Part shown: positions 32,762 through 41,536 of the stretch, piece after piece
Position numbering within the stretch: position 1 is the stretch's first letter
Layout of the letters: each line of letters starts with the position of its first letter
Assembly: GCA_039815375.1 (NCBI GenBank)
Contig: JBCBZJ010000003.1
Location: 128,001-192,000 of the forward strand
Length of the DNA stretch: 64,000 nucleotides
Reading direction: 5' to 3'
Source of the DNA: Verrucomicrobiota bacterium
GTDB lineage: Bacteria > Verrucomicrobiota > Verrucomicrobiia > Opitutales > Coraliomargaritaceae
The notes under the pieces: model-generated
The model's input: only the letters and a program-made list of their open reading frames with translations
The model's database searches: none
Told to the model about the DNA's origin: nothing
Made by a program: the position numbers and the translations under genes

Positions 32762-33664
32762 TTAATTGCCTTCGTGCAACGATATCCTATCAGCCGACGG
32801 AAAATTGTCAGGAGATGTAGGTGTGATCTCAGCACGCGCCAGCCATCTCGCTGCTCGGCACAAGACAGTTCGGAATCCATTACACCTAATACCCGGCGGC
32901 GCTTCTGATAGATCACGCCAATAATGTCCGAATGTAGAATTGTATACCCTGCCTTCTCCATACCCGACAACCCATTCAGTTGGAAAGTTTAGACCGGTCT
33001 TCGCATCATTGGCATAGGAGAGTATCGAAATGTTCTCTGCGGGACCTCGAGCATATCGGTAGATCTCAGTATCCGCAGCCATCCATTTCTTCGGAAGGCC
33101 TTTGTGGATGGGATGATCGCCCAGCCGAGTGATAACAGCGTTCACCCGTTTGCCATGGCCGGTATTGCCGCCTTCGCCGGTTGGTATGATCACAGGCTTA
33201 TCTTCCCGGATCACGATTGCCCGACCGTATCCTTTCTTGCGCCACCCCAGCCCAATCATCTGGTTGTATTCATCCCAATTGGGGAAGGCATTGTTCGCGG
33301 AATGAAAGATCAGTAGACCTCCGCCACCCGATACATATCTTTCCAGAGACTTCTTCGCCGCTTCCGGCCACGACCCCTTCCTCGAAATGTCATTTGTGTT
33401 CTGGATAACAAGATCGTAATCATTGAAATCAGGATTCCATGCTTTCCAGAGTTCACTGTTTTTGGTGGGAACCGTCGAAACATCGATTTCAAAATTCTCA
33501 TCACTGCGGAGTATCGACGAGATGGCCTGAGTAGTCGCTTTCCAGTCGTGATTGCTGAAGCCATCAACAATCAATACCGAGATCTTTTCATCCGGAGTTG
33601 CGCCTACAAGGGTGCAAACGGAAATGAGCAAGAATGCTACAATATGTTTTCCCAGCTTTTTCAT
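32762..33664 (-). CDS. ThuA-like domain exported protein (cassette)
   Basis: Signal peptide, VDGFSNHDW, GGGLLIFHSAN, YGEGRVY.ST.GH. Confidence 0.8.
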   Translation of the reverse strand: MKKLGKHIVAFLLISVCTLVGATPDEKISVLIVDGFSNHDWKATTQAISSILRSDENFEIDVSTVPTKNSELWKAWNPDFNDYDLVIQNTNDISRKGSWPEAAKKSLERYVSGGGGLLIFHSANNAFPNWDEYNQMIGLGWRKKGYGRAIVIREDKPVIIPTGEGGNTGHGKRVNAVITRLGDHPIHKGLPKKWMAADTEIYRYARGPAENISILSYANDAKTGLNFPTEWVVGYGEGRVYNSTFGHYWRDLSEAPPGIRCNGFRTVLCRAARWLARAEITPTSPDNFPSADRISLHEGN

Positions 33665-33724
33665 GCATTCAATGAGGGTAGAGAGTAGTGGACTTCAGTG
33701 TTTGGTTGAAGATGCTACGCTTCT

Positions 33725-33855
33725 GGAGAACGTGCCCCGGGATGGGTGACGTAGCATTGACAGAAAGCAAACTTGTTTGCGCCGAGTCAATGCGGAGTTG
33801 ACCCGAGCGATTTGATGGACGGCGGCGCTAGCCGACGTTGCCGACTGGTTCAGGA
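33725..33855 (-). repeat. attC-like site
   Basis: GAAC...GTTC ends, inner GCATTGAC/GTCAATGC stem; similar to 35951-36060 (ttctggagaa.gtgccccg, gttgaccc.agcg.tttga.ggacggcg). Confidence 0.6.
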
Positions 33856-33920
33856 TTCAAACGTGCTGGTGGTTTAGCTCTGAGCAAGTCTCTCATGCTG
33901 ACTTTTCCAGCAGAGCTGGG

Positions 33921-34007
33921 AACCGCTTATTTCCGCTAATATACGCTTATGTTCTCTTCGTTTAGTTTTCTGTTTTCGCCGTAGTGGATTAGCGTTCATT
34001 AGCGGTT
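33921..34007. repeat. 10-nt-period inverted repeat (REP-like)
   Basis: aaccgcttat ttccgctaat atacgcttat ... attagcgttc attagcggtt. Confidence 0.65.
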
Positions 34008-34042
34008 AAAAAATACGTCGGTTTGCTCTTCTTCAATTGCTC

Positions 34043-34171
34043 TCCTGAACAAGTGCATGGAGGACAACGGCTGCTCCTTCTTGGATTCCGAGTGATTGAC
34101 CGCAATTCTATCACTTATCCTACTTCGAGCGCACGTTCTTGGCCAGCCGTGCCTAATGTTTGACGTTCGAC
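34043..34171 (-). repeat. attC-like site
   Basis: GAAC...ACGGCTG...CAGCCGT...GTTC palindromic frame overlapping the PEP-CTERM stop. Confidence 0.6.
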
Positions 34172-34731
34172 TTATCGATTCTGCGGCGCATCAGGGAAAT
34201 AGTGCCTACACCTAGACCAATCAGGAGAGCTGACGATGGCTCGGGGATAGCTTCTATAGCCGTGAAACTCCCTGACCCAAAGTTTACACCGTTATCGAAG
34301 TAATCTGTAGAGCTTGAAAACTCTGTAAATTGTATCGCGCTTAAAAGTGTTTCACTATTATCTCGATGTAGAATGAATGTACCGGAATTATCAAAGAATT
34401 GCAGGGTTCGAGAGCCTTCTGTCCCCGTAAGAACTACCCCCTCTTGAGAAAGAGAATCAGTGGAAGGCGTGTCGCTATTTGCCGACGAAATATCTATCGC
34501 TAGTGAGGGAATCAAAAACTCCCAAGTAAAGGATGCAAGGCTGTTGAAAGAAGTCGGCGTATTCGGTGCGATTTCCTCGAAACTGTAAAATCCGGTCCCA
34601 ATTAAGTTTGATTCTGAGTCAAAGAATTCAAAGTCAATATTGACGATTGTTGCGTTCGCAATCTTTGAAAGCGATCCGACTACAATTAGAGTGACGACAA
34701 GAGTGCGCATCGATTTAAGTGTGTATTTCAT
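34153..34731 (-). CDS. PEP-CTERM sorting-domain protein (cassette)
   Basis: Signal peptide; IPEPSSALLIGLG...LMRRR. Confidence 0.88.
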   Translation of the reverse strand: MKYTLKSMRTLVVTLIVVGSLSKIANATIVNIDFEFFDSESNLIGTGFYSFEEIAPNTPTSFNSLASFTWEFLIPSLAIDISSANSDTPSTDSLSQEGVVLTGTEGSRTLQFFDNSGTFILHRDNSETLLSAIQFTEFSSSTDYFDNGVNFGSGSFTAIEAIPEPSSALLIGLGVGTISLMRRRIDKSNVKH

Positions 34732-34774
34732 GCTGATCTGTGTTGGTTTTATCCGTTGAATTGAAAGTTACATT

Positions 34775-34836
34775 TTCGAATGTTGAGCTCGCGCGACGGC
34801 GCGCTAGCGACATTGTCCCGTAGCGATTGGTTCTGC
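34775..34836 (-). repeat. Short attC-like site
   Basis: ttcgaatgttgagctcgcgcgacggcgcgctagcgacattgtcccgtagcgattggttctgc; the DUF3592 frame reads into it (AEPIATGQCR). Confidence 0.55.
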
Positions 34837-35283
34837 TAGTTTTTTTGGGTGGAAGTATATGTCGAGAGCGAGCCCAAGAACTGATGCAATGAACAAGCCC
34901 AATATTAGTGGGTTGTGGTATCGATCCGCCAGCAAGTATGATTCCGAATTATTCTCTGGATTGTAGAAGACTGAGATTCTTTCTTCTTTTCTTTTGTATG
35001 GGTAGCTCGACTTGAAGTTGGGAGAAATCCGACTGTTAATATATTCAGTGCCATCAATGGAGTACTTATATTCTATCCTATTCGATTCTTCTTTTATCGA
35101 ACCTTGCATTCGGTATTTGCTGTAAGAAGGGCTGGATTGGGTTCGAGGTTCGTAGTCTGTAACTATTCCTTTTGTGGTAGGCCAGTCGCTTATGTCCCAA
35201 AGGTGTGTGTAGCCTCGGACCAAGATTCCAATGGTAATCAAAATCGCCAGAAATAAGGTGAGTCTGATTTTTCCAAGTTTCAT
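34804..35283 (-). CDS. DUF3592-like membrane protein (cassette)
   Basis: TM helix, WPTTKGIV, YKYSIDG.EY, VFYNPEN..SYL, TM helix. Confidence 0.8.
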   Translation of the reverse strand: MKLGKIRLTLFLAILITIGILVRGYTHLWDISDWPTTKGIVTDYEPRTQSSPSYSKYRMQGSIKEESNRIEYKYSIDGTEYINSRISPNFKSSYPYKRKEERISVFYNPENNSESYLLADRYHNPLILGLFIASVLGLALDIYFHPKKLAEPIATGQCR

Positions 35284-35290
35284 TTCTTTC

Positions 35291-35410
35291 GCAGAATGTG
35301 ACCCAAGCGGTTTGATGAACAGAGTTTCGCGCAAGACATAAACTCGCTTGGGCTTGCTCAGCTCGGGGCTCTGTTTAGGTGACCTGTCTGGTTCTTCTTT
35401 TGTATGGTTC
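35291..35410 (-). repeat. attC-like site (partial copy of the long element)
   Basis: acccaagcg...aaactcgcttggg.ttg.tcagctcg is shared with 36031-36096. Confidence 0.6.
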
Positions 35411-35943
35411 TAGCCTAGCATTTCTCGAATCTTAGATAGAGTATTCCAGTTTCGCCCGGTGGTAGTCGAGCCGACAGCTTTATCAATTACTGATGGGGTC
35501 AACTTCGATTTACCGATCCCGCTTGGGAAATGAATCCATAACGCTCCTTTTCTAACGAACAAGCGTTCGCCAGCCGCGGATCTAGTCTCAAGATTGTGAA
35601 GCACATCCTCCAAGATGTCGCTTTTGGCCAGATAGAGCAAGACACGTGAAGGATCAGATGCAGCCAGATCAGATAGCGGTGATTCTGCAACGCATGCTTT
35701 AAAATCTGGAGCACTACGAACGATTACTGGGATCGAAAAACCAAAGTTGGACTCGATCACCTGCTCCAACTCCAATTCGAGTGCTGAGGCTGGCTTAGAA
35801 GCTGTAAATACAACATTCCCGGTTTGTAGATAACTCCCCACCGAATTCCAACCGAGATTGGAGCATAAGGACTCAAGCTCTTCCATCGGTATTCTATTTC
35901 TACCGCTGACATTGATGCCTCGTAGAAGTGCTAGGTAATTCAT
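35410..35943 (-). CDS. DUF1697 family protein (cassette)
   Basis: YLALLRGINVSG.N.I.M..L, SYLQTGNVVF, TGRNWNT. Confidence 0.88.
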   Translation of the reverse strand: MNYLALLRGINVSGRNRIPMEELESLCSNLGWNSVGSYLQTGNVVFTASKPASALELELEQVIESNFGFSIPVIVRSAPDFKACVAESPLSDLAASDPSRVLLYLAKSDILEDVLHNLETRSAAGERLFVRKGALWIHFPSGIGKSKLTPSVIDKAVGSTTTGRNWNTLSKIREMLG

Positions 35944-35954
35944 CGTGAATTTCT

Positions 35955-36210
35955 GGAGAAGGTGCCCCGAGCTAAGTTACAAGCGATGGAACTGAAGCAA
36001 GCTAGCTTGCGCAAGTGCAATCACGTTGTTGACCCAAGCGTTTTGACGGACGGCGCTTCGCGCCGGACGAAAACTCGCTTGGGTTTGTTCAGCTCGTAGC
36101 ATGATGGACGGGAGCGAAGTGACCGTCCATCGTCAAGGATCAGTCACACTGGATGTGAAGCAAGCGAGGAGCGAGCGTTCCAGAGTTGATCTGCATCCGT
36201 TTGTTTGGCC
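35955..36210 (-). repeat. Composite of two attC-like elements
   Basis: Long element (gccccgagc...cccaagcg/cgcttggg) joined via a gatggacgg/ccgtccatc hairpin to a second element (ggat..ctgga/tccag..atcc..gtttggc). Confidence 0.6.
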
Positions 36211-36214
36211 GGAT

Positions 36215-37663
36215 CTACTCAGCAAAGCTGAACGAGTAGAGCTTTGCGTTATTGATCTCAAACAGGAGCTGAATCTTGTCGGCGTCAATCTTCCTGCTCA
36301 ATATCAAGCACTCGTCGGTTACGGTCTTCGACACGGTTCCAGCCGTCACTACGTCTTGCCCTTTATCATCCACAATCCTCACCTGGATCGAGCCACCATC
36401 GTCCACATCGGCCGTGATTCGGATCTTCTGGCCGGCATAGGGAATTGCTGTTGTCGTTATAATTGCAGGCTTGTCTTTCGATTCTTGCTCATACCCCGCA
36501 AAACCATCGGGACGAAGTGTGGCCAGGCATAGGTATCCATTCCGCCAACCAAAATGGCGATAGTCGCTCCCGCCGTAGTAGAGGCGGATTTCCTTGTCGA
36601 GGAATATAGGATAGGCGCATGCATAGACACAGCCATAGTCGTATTCCAAAACCTTTTCCGAGCAGGGGATCAGCGCTTTGCCAGGCGCAATGCGATGCCA
36701 TTGTCTTGCGTCTGCGCTCCAGGCCAGCTCCGTCCAAACGCGGTCGACCGGTCGCTGTGCGTGGATCGCAACCAGCCCCAAGTAAACACCTCCGTGCATA
36801 AAAACGGGCATGGAATATGGCTGTAGTCTCTTCGCCAATCCCTCCATCACAACACCGTTGCTTTTCCATTCCACAAAATCGTCACTCTCTAGATGAGTGA
36901 CTTCTCGGCCCAATTTGCCCCATGTTCTGGTAATGCCCACATACGTTGCTGTATGCGGGTTCCAAAAAACGTTGTTGTGGGTGTCTCCCTCAATCTTTCC
37001 GATTCCCTCTATCTTTCGGGGCTTGCTCCAGTTGATTCCGTCGGCGGAGTAACTTGTGGAGATGCCTTGAAAGATCATTTTGTACCGACGGGCCGGGTCG
37101 GAATCCGAATGGTCCTTGAAGATTCCGGCTCCATGCGGCCCACGCCAGACGATATTGTTTTCTTTGTTTCCCTCGTAGTCAACCAAACCCAACGCGGGTT
37201 TATCCCATTTGATGCCGTCTTCGGATGTGGCGTAACACACTCCCATTTCACGACCGCGGGGAGGCTTGTATCTTTTGGTGTCCCGCTCTGTCAGTGTCAT
37301 GCCTTTAGCGGAATGATCCACAATGAACGGACTATACCAGCATTTGTAGATCTTCTCTTCGTTATCATAGATCACATTGCCGTAGAGATTATCAAAGCGC
37401 TTTTCCCAAGGCTTGTCTTCGCTGAAGAGCGGGTTCTTTTCGTGTTTCCGGACCGTTCCCAATGCGAGCTGCGCGTTCTTGGCTTGCTCGACAATTCGGC
37501 TGTCGAGAAGGAGGAAGCGATCTCGAGCTGAACGACTTTCGTCGGCCGTTGCAGGCGACGTTGTCACAATGGTGCAAGCAATGGCTAGCATCCCAACGCG
37601 ACGAGCCGCAAATCCAATTCTGTGTCCGAGGATATGTTTCATAGCGCTTCGTACTCTTTTCAT
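36215..37663 (-). CDS. Exported five-bladed beta-propeller glycoside hydrolase-like protein (GH32/43 clan-like) (cassette)
   Basis: Repeated Asp-box-like S.DG..W motifs (SEDGIKW, SADGINW, SDDFVEW, SADARQW) and LRPDGF. Confidence 0.7.
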   Translation of the reverse strand: MKRVRSAMKHILGHRIGFAARRVGMLAIACTIVTTSPATADESRSARDRFLLLDSRIVEQAKNAQLALGTVRKHEKNPLFSEDKPWEKRFDNLYGNVIYDNEEKIYKCWYSPFIVDHSAKGMTLTERDTKRYKPPRGREMGVCYATSEDGIKWDKPALGLVDYEGNKENNIVWRGPHGAGIFKDHSDSDPARRYKMIFQGISTSYSADGINWSKPRKIEGIGKIEGDTHNNVFWNPHTATYVGITRTWGKLGREVTHLESDDFVEWKSNGVVMEGLAKRLQPYSMPVFMHGGVYLGLVAIHAQRPVDRVWTELAWSADARQWHRIAPGKALIPCSEKVLEYDYGCVYACAYPIFLDKEIRLYYGGSDYRHFGWRNGYLCLATLRPDGFAGYEQESKDKPAIITTTAIPYAGQKIRITADVDDGGSIQVRIVDDKGQDVVTAGTVSKTVTDECLILSRKIDADKIQLLFEINNAKLYSFSFAE

Positions 37664-37872
37664 GTCGAATGTATTAATAGAGAGTTATTTTTATTTCGAG
37701 GTATTGTCAGGCACAAATTTGTTTCCGAAAGGTTTCGAGTTATGTCTAATAATTTATTAATTTTTCAGGCATATAGAGTAACCGACTTTTTTATATGGTC
37801 CGAATTAATCCCGTGCACCATGAGCGACGCTCAAACTTGTCTTTACTCTTATCTACGGCAGGGTAGGCGATC

Positions 37873-39624
37873 GTGAACAAAGCGGACATTGTAGACATTC
37901 TTGAGGACATCGCCGTCCTTCTGGAGCTGAAAGGGGAGAACCCCTTCAAGATTCGGGCCTATCAATCGGGCGCGCGCGCGTTGGAGACCCTGGAGGACGA
38001 CCTCGGCGAGCTGATTGCTTCCGGCGGGCTCGGTGAGGTGAAAGGCATCGGTTCGGCACTGGTGGATAAGATTGCGATGCTGCATGCGACGGGTGAGCTT
38101 GAATTCCATGCCAAGCTAAAGGCATCGATCGCACCGGGCCTGATCGAGATGCTGGACATCCCCGGACTCGGGGGGAAGAAAGTGAAACGTCTCCATGACG
38201 AGTTGGGCGTAGAATCGATCGAAGCCTTGAAGACGGCTTGCGAAGAAGGGCAGGTCGCCGCACTCAAGGGCTTTGGTAAGAAATCGGAGGAGAAGATTCT
38301 CTCAGGAATCGAGAACCGTGCGGCCTATGCGAAGCGTCACCTCTGGTGGGCTGCGCGTGAAGTTGCGGTGCCGATCCTGGAGGGGCTTCGAAACTTGGCT
38401 GAGGTTGAGCAGGCTGAAGCGGCGGGCAGCCTACGCCGCCTTAAGGAAACGGTTGGGGATCTGGACTTTATTGTGGCCTCCGCTGAGCCGGAACCGGTCA
38501 TGGACTGGTTTGTTTCCCAGGATGGTATTCAGGAGGTCACTGCGAAAGGCACGACGAAATCCAGTATTCGTTTTGAGTCGGGTCTGCAGGCCGACTTGCG
38601 GGTCGTGCCGGCGGAGCAATTTGCTTTTGCCCTGCACCACTTCACCGGCTCGAAGGAGCACAACGTCATGATGCGGCAGCGTGCCTTGGCCAAAGACTAC
38701 AGCTTGAGCGAGTGGGGTTTAAAGGAAGTTGGCTCCGAGGGGCGGAGCGACGGTAAGACCGTTCGCGAGGCGAGCCGGACCAGCGAGATACGTTCGGAAA
38801 AAGACCTCTTTGCTTTTCTGGATCTACCGGAAATTTTGCCAGAGCTACGCGAAGGTATGGGGGAGCTGGAAGCTACCTCGATGCCTCAACTGGTCGAGCT
38901 GAAGGATATTCGCGGAGTCTTTCACAACCACACCACCGCTTCGGACGGTCGTGGCTCAATCGAGGAAATGGCCACTGCAGCCGAGGCTCTTGGTTGGGAA
39001 TATCTTGGACTTGCGGACCACTCGAAAGCGAGTTTTCAAGCCAAGGGTCTGGATGACGAACGCGTCTTGAAGCAGGTGGAGCAAATCCATGCCTTTAACG
39101 AATCGGGCGAGTCGTCGGTTCATGTCTTTGCAGGAATTGAATGCGATATCCTGCCCGACGGTCTACTGGATCTCGAGGATTCGACGCTTGATGCACTGGA
39201 CTATGCGGTGATGTCGGTGCACTCCAGTTTCGGCCAGAGTGAAGAAGAGATGACGGCGCGTGTGATCAAGGCAGTCGAACATCCGGGCACAACGATGCTG
39301 GGGCATCCGACCGGTCGGCTTCTTCTACGCCGTGAGCCTTACAGGATTGATCTGCAAAAGATCATTGATGCTTGCATTGCGAATCGGGTGGTCATCGAAA
39401 TCAACGCAAACCCGCGTCGCCTTGATTTGGACTGGCGTCTGTGGCGTCGAGCTGCCGAGCGGGGGCTAATGTGTGCGATCAATCCGGACGCTCATACCAT
39501 GGACGGACTGAAGTATTATGAGGCCGGGGTGAATATTGCGCGCAAGGGGTGGTTGGGCCCGGACCAGGTTTTGAATTGCCGCGACAGTGCCGGTGTTGTG
39601 AGCTGGCTCAAGGATAGGCTTTGA
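37873..39624 (+). CDS. polX: DNA polymerase X / PHP exonuclease
   Basis: [38 protein letters not shown] motifs HNHT.ASDG and NPDAH. Confidence 0.95.
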   Translation: MNKADIVDILEDIAVLLELKGENPFKIRAYQSGARALETLEDDLGELIASGGLGEVKGIGSALVDKIAMLHATGELEFHAKLKASIAPGLIEMLDIPGLGGKKVKRLHDELGVESIEALKTACEEGQVAALKGFGKKSEEKILSGIENRAAYAKRHLWWAAREVAVPILEGLRNLAEVEQAEAAGSLRRLKETVGDLDFIVASAEPEPVMDWFVSQDGIQEVTAKGTTKSSIRFESGLQADLRVVPAEQFAFALHHFTGSKEHNVMMRQRALAKDYSLSEWGLKEVGSEGRSDGKTVREASRTSEIRSEKDLFAFLDLPEILPELREGMGELEATSMPQLVELKDIRGVFHNHTTASDGRGSIEEMATAAEALGWEYLGLADHSKASFQAKGLDDERVLKQVEQIHAFNESGESSVHVFAGIECDILPDGLLDLEDSTLDALDYAVMSVHSSFGQSEEEMTARVIKAVEHPGTTMLGHPTGRLLLRREPYRIDLQKIIDACIANRVVIEINANPRRLDLDWRLWRRAAERGLMCAINPDAHTMDGLKYYEAGVNIARKGWLGPDQVLNCRDSAGVVSWLKDRL

Positions 39625-39673
39625 AACATGTGAATGTTCGATGGATTTCGATTTGGATTATTAGGGACGTGAG

Positions 39674-40084
39674 ATGAGTCAGGAGAAGCTAAAGAAAAGA
39701 AACGCCCTGGTGATGTGGATCATCTGGTTTGGCATTCTACAGAGTGCCTTTGTTGTGCAGGTTTTTGTCGGTGGTGGCTTGCCGAAAGGAGAAAATGCCT
39801 CCGAGCCGATGGCGGTCTGGCTCTGGATCGTCTGTTTTGCACCGATCGTGATCGCGACCGTCATTCGTTGGTTGGTGATTCCCAAGTTGAAGAAGCCGCA
39901 ACAGATGTTGGCTGCCATGATCATCGGGCTATCCTGTGCGGAGTCCTCTGTCTTCTATCAGTTGTTCCTGATTGGTGAAGACTATCCGCAGAACCAGATT
40001 GCGGTTTTGATGGTGGCGATCGTGGCACTGATTCAGTTTGCCCCCGGCTATGCCACCCCGGGCTATGTGCCCAAGAAGCATTAG
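39674..40084 (+). CDS. Hypothetical four-TM membrane protein
   Basis: 136 aa with four hydrophobic segments. Confidence 0.7.
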   Translation: MSQEKLKKRNALVMWIIWFGILQSAFVVQVFVGGGLPKGENASEPMAVWLWIVCFAPIVIATVIRWLVIPKLKKPQQMLAAMIIGLSCAESSVFYQLFLIGEDYPQNQIAVLMVAIVALIQFAPGYATPGYVPKKH

Positions 40085-40111
40085 AGTGTGCATAGTTCTC
40101 ATAATAGGGCG

Positions 40112-40137
40112 ATTTCTCTCCATCATGGAGCAGAAAT
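40112..40137. promoter_or_regulatory. Near-perfect palindrome upstream of the HemS-like operon (candidate operator)
   Basis: ATTTCT-CTCCAT-C-ATGGAG-C-AGAAAT. Confidence 0.35.
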
Positions 40138-40187
40138 GATAAGTTCGTTTTAGTATTCTGGTGATTGGTCCTGTGAGGATGGTCACT

Positions 40188-41051
40188 ATGAAATTTTCAG
40201 CTTCAGATCGTTTTGATATTACTGCCGATGGCTGTCGGTCGGGTATACCCTCCTCTCGTCTAAAGTATTCGTTTGAGACGAGTGCCGATGGCAGGATCCG
40301 GCTCTCCCCTGACTGGAGTCAAATATTGTCCTCAATCGGGCTCCTTCCCAGATTTTACTCACAGGTCGAGCATGCCTATGGCCGTATCGCGACCAAGATG
40401 ACACGCAAGGAGTTGTTTCACTCGATTATGGGGCAACCGGATCAGACTACGATTTCCACTCCAGAAAATTTCTGTGGCTGGTGGAGTGCTGACGCACGGA
40501 TCCAAACATGCCAGTGTTGTGGATCGCCCGGTCAGATCAATATCCGTAATTCCCAAGAAACGAGTTTTCTGCAGTTCAATCCTGCTGCAGACGTCAGCGC
40601 TACGGATTGGGCACGCGTCATTTATGCAACAGTGCGTCCTAAGTGGTCTAAAACTTCTAAACGCGAGGAGCCTGATGCTTCGGAAAATACAATTCCTCTT
40701 CCGGATAGTGCGGTCGATCTCGGCGTAAGAGGAAGTGACTGCGTCGAGTTAATTGAGCGAATCTCGCAAAGGGAAAAGGCTGTCCGAGTCACAATTCATA
40801 CACCGGAGGTGGCTCTCAGTAAGACGGTAGCTTTGAATATGGTATCAAACGAAGCAGGCTTGTTACGCTGCCGGGGCAAAGACACGATTATCTACATCAG
40901 CTGTGGCGCGATACATGAGACCGCCGCACATTTCTGCGAAGGCCATATTGAATTGCTCATGGTCGGCCCGCAGGGCGAAGTCCTTTTCAGTATTCGGTCG
41001 GGCCCGAGCGCCGAGGATGAAGCGAATTTTATCGCTGCAATCGGCCTTTGA
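40188..41051 (+). CDS. Hypothetical protein, divergent HemS/ChuS-like two-domain fold, CxCCGSPG motif (paralog 1)
   Basis: Shares EHAYG, C..CGSPG and DWARV with 42991-43881; the strand pattern recalls the HemS repeats. Confidence 0.55.
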   Translation: MKFSASDRFDITADGCRSGIPSSRLKYSFETSADGRIRLSPDWSQILSSIGLLPRFYSQVEHAYGRIATKMTRKELFHSIMGQPDQTTISTPENFCGWWSADARIQTCQCCGSPGQINIRNSQETSFLQFNPAADVSATDWARVIYATVRPKWSKTSKREEPDASENTIPLPDSAVDLGVRGSDCVELIERISQREKAVRVTIHTPEVALSKTVALNMVSNEAGLLRCRGKDTIIYISCGAIHETAAHFCEGHIELLMVGPQGEVLFSIRSGPSAEDEANFIAAIGL

Positions 41052-41074
41052 TCGGGGCGAGGTCACAATTTTTT

Positions 41075-41536
41075 ATGAAAGTCTATTATGCAACAATGAC
41101 GGGGAACGCTGAATCTTTGGCTTCCACTCTAGTAAAGAAGACCGAGGACATGAGCCTCGATGCTGAACTCGTCAACCTCGACGATGTTCTGACGGAGGAT
41201 CTCAAAGAGGTTCAGACAGCAGTCTTTATTGTCTCGACCTGGGGCGAGGGTGAGCCTCCTGATGATGCCGAGCCGTTCTGGGAGGACCTTGAATTCTCGA
41301 AGTCGCGTTTGGAGAACCTGCGCTATTCCGTCTTCGGTTTGGGAGACAGTGGCTACGCCGAGTTCAATGGTTTTGCCAAAGTGCTCGACGCCCGTTTGCA
41401 GGCAATGGGAGCGGTTCCGGTAATCCCTCGGGTTGATGCAGACATCGACTACGACGACGATTTTGATTCCTGGGAGGCATCAGTTTTTTCTGTGTTCTCT
41501 CAACAGGATAGCAAATCGTTCGAGGGAGCAGTTTAA
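41075..41536 (+). CDS. Short-chain flavodoxin (MioC/CysJ FMN-domain type)
   Basis: YATMTGNAE, STWGEGEPP, FGLGDSGY; acidic. Confidence 0.9.
   Translation: MKVYYATMTGNAESLASTLVKKTEDMSLDAELVNLDDVLTEDLKEVQTAVFIVSTWGEGEPPDDAEPFWEDLEFSKSRLENLRYSVFGLGDSGYAEFNGFAKVLDARLQAMGAVPVIPRVDADIDYDDDFDSWEASVFSVFSQQDSKSFEGAV

Larger units (their letters stand above)
32500..37680 (-). mobile_element. Integron-like gene cassette array without an integrase (CALIN-like)
   Basis: Five unrelated co-oriented genes plus one gene-less unit, separated by related palindromic elements. Cassette ends are complementary: GTTCAGGA/TCCTGAAC, TTCTGC/GCAGAA, TTCGA/TCGAA. Confidence 0.65.

Noticed and set aside
36101..36532. 143-aa plus-strand ORF starting in the repeat
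   Set aside because: It begins inside the attC-like element and runs antisense to the glycoside hydrolase-like gene.
32500..37680. CRISPR array
   Set aside because: The repeats are long, degenerate and separated by whole genes; no constant repeat-spacer period and no cas genes.
37720..37750. Chromosomal dif site
   Set aside because: Only a XerD-like arm is present; there is no XerC arm at 6-bp spacing.
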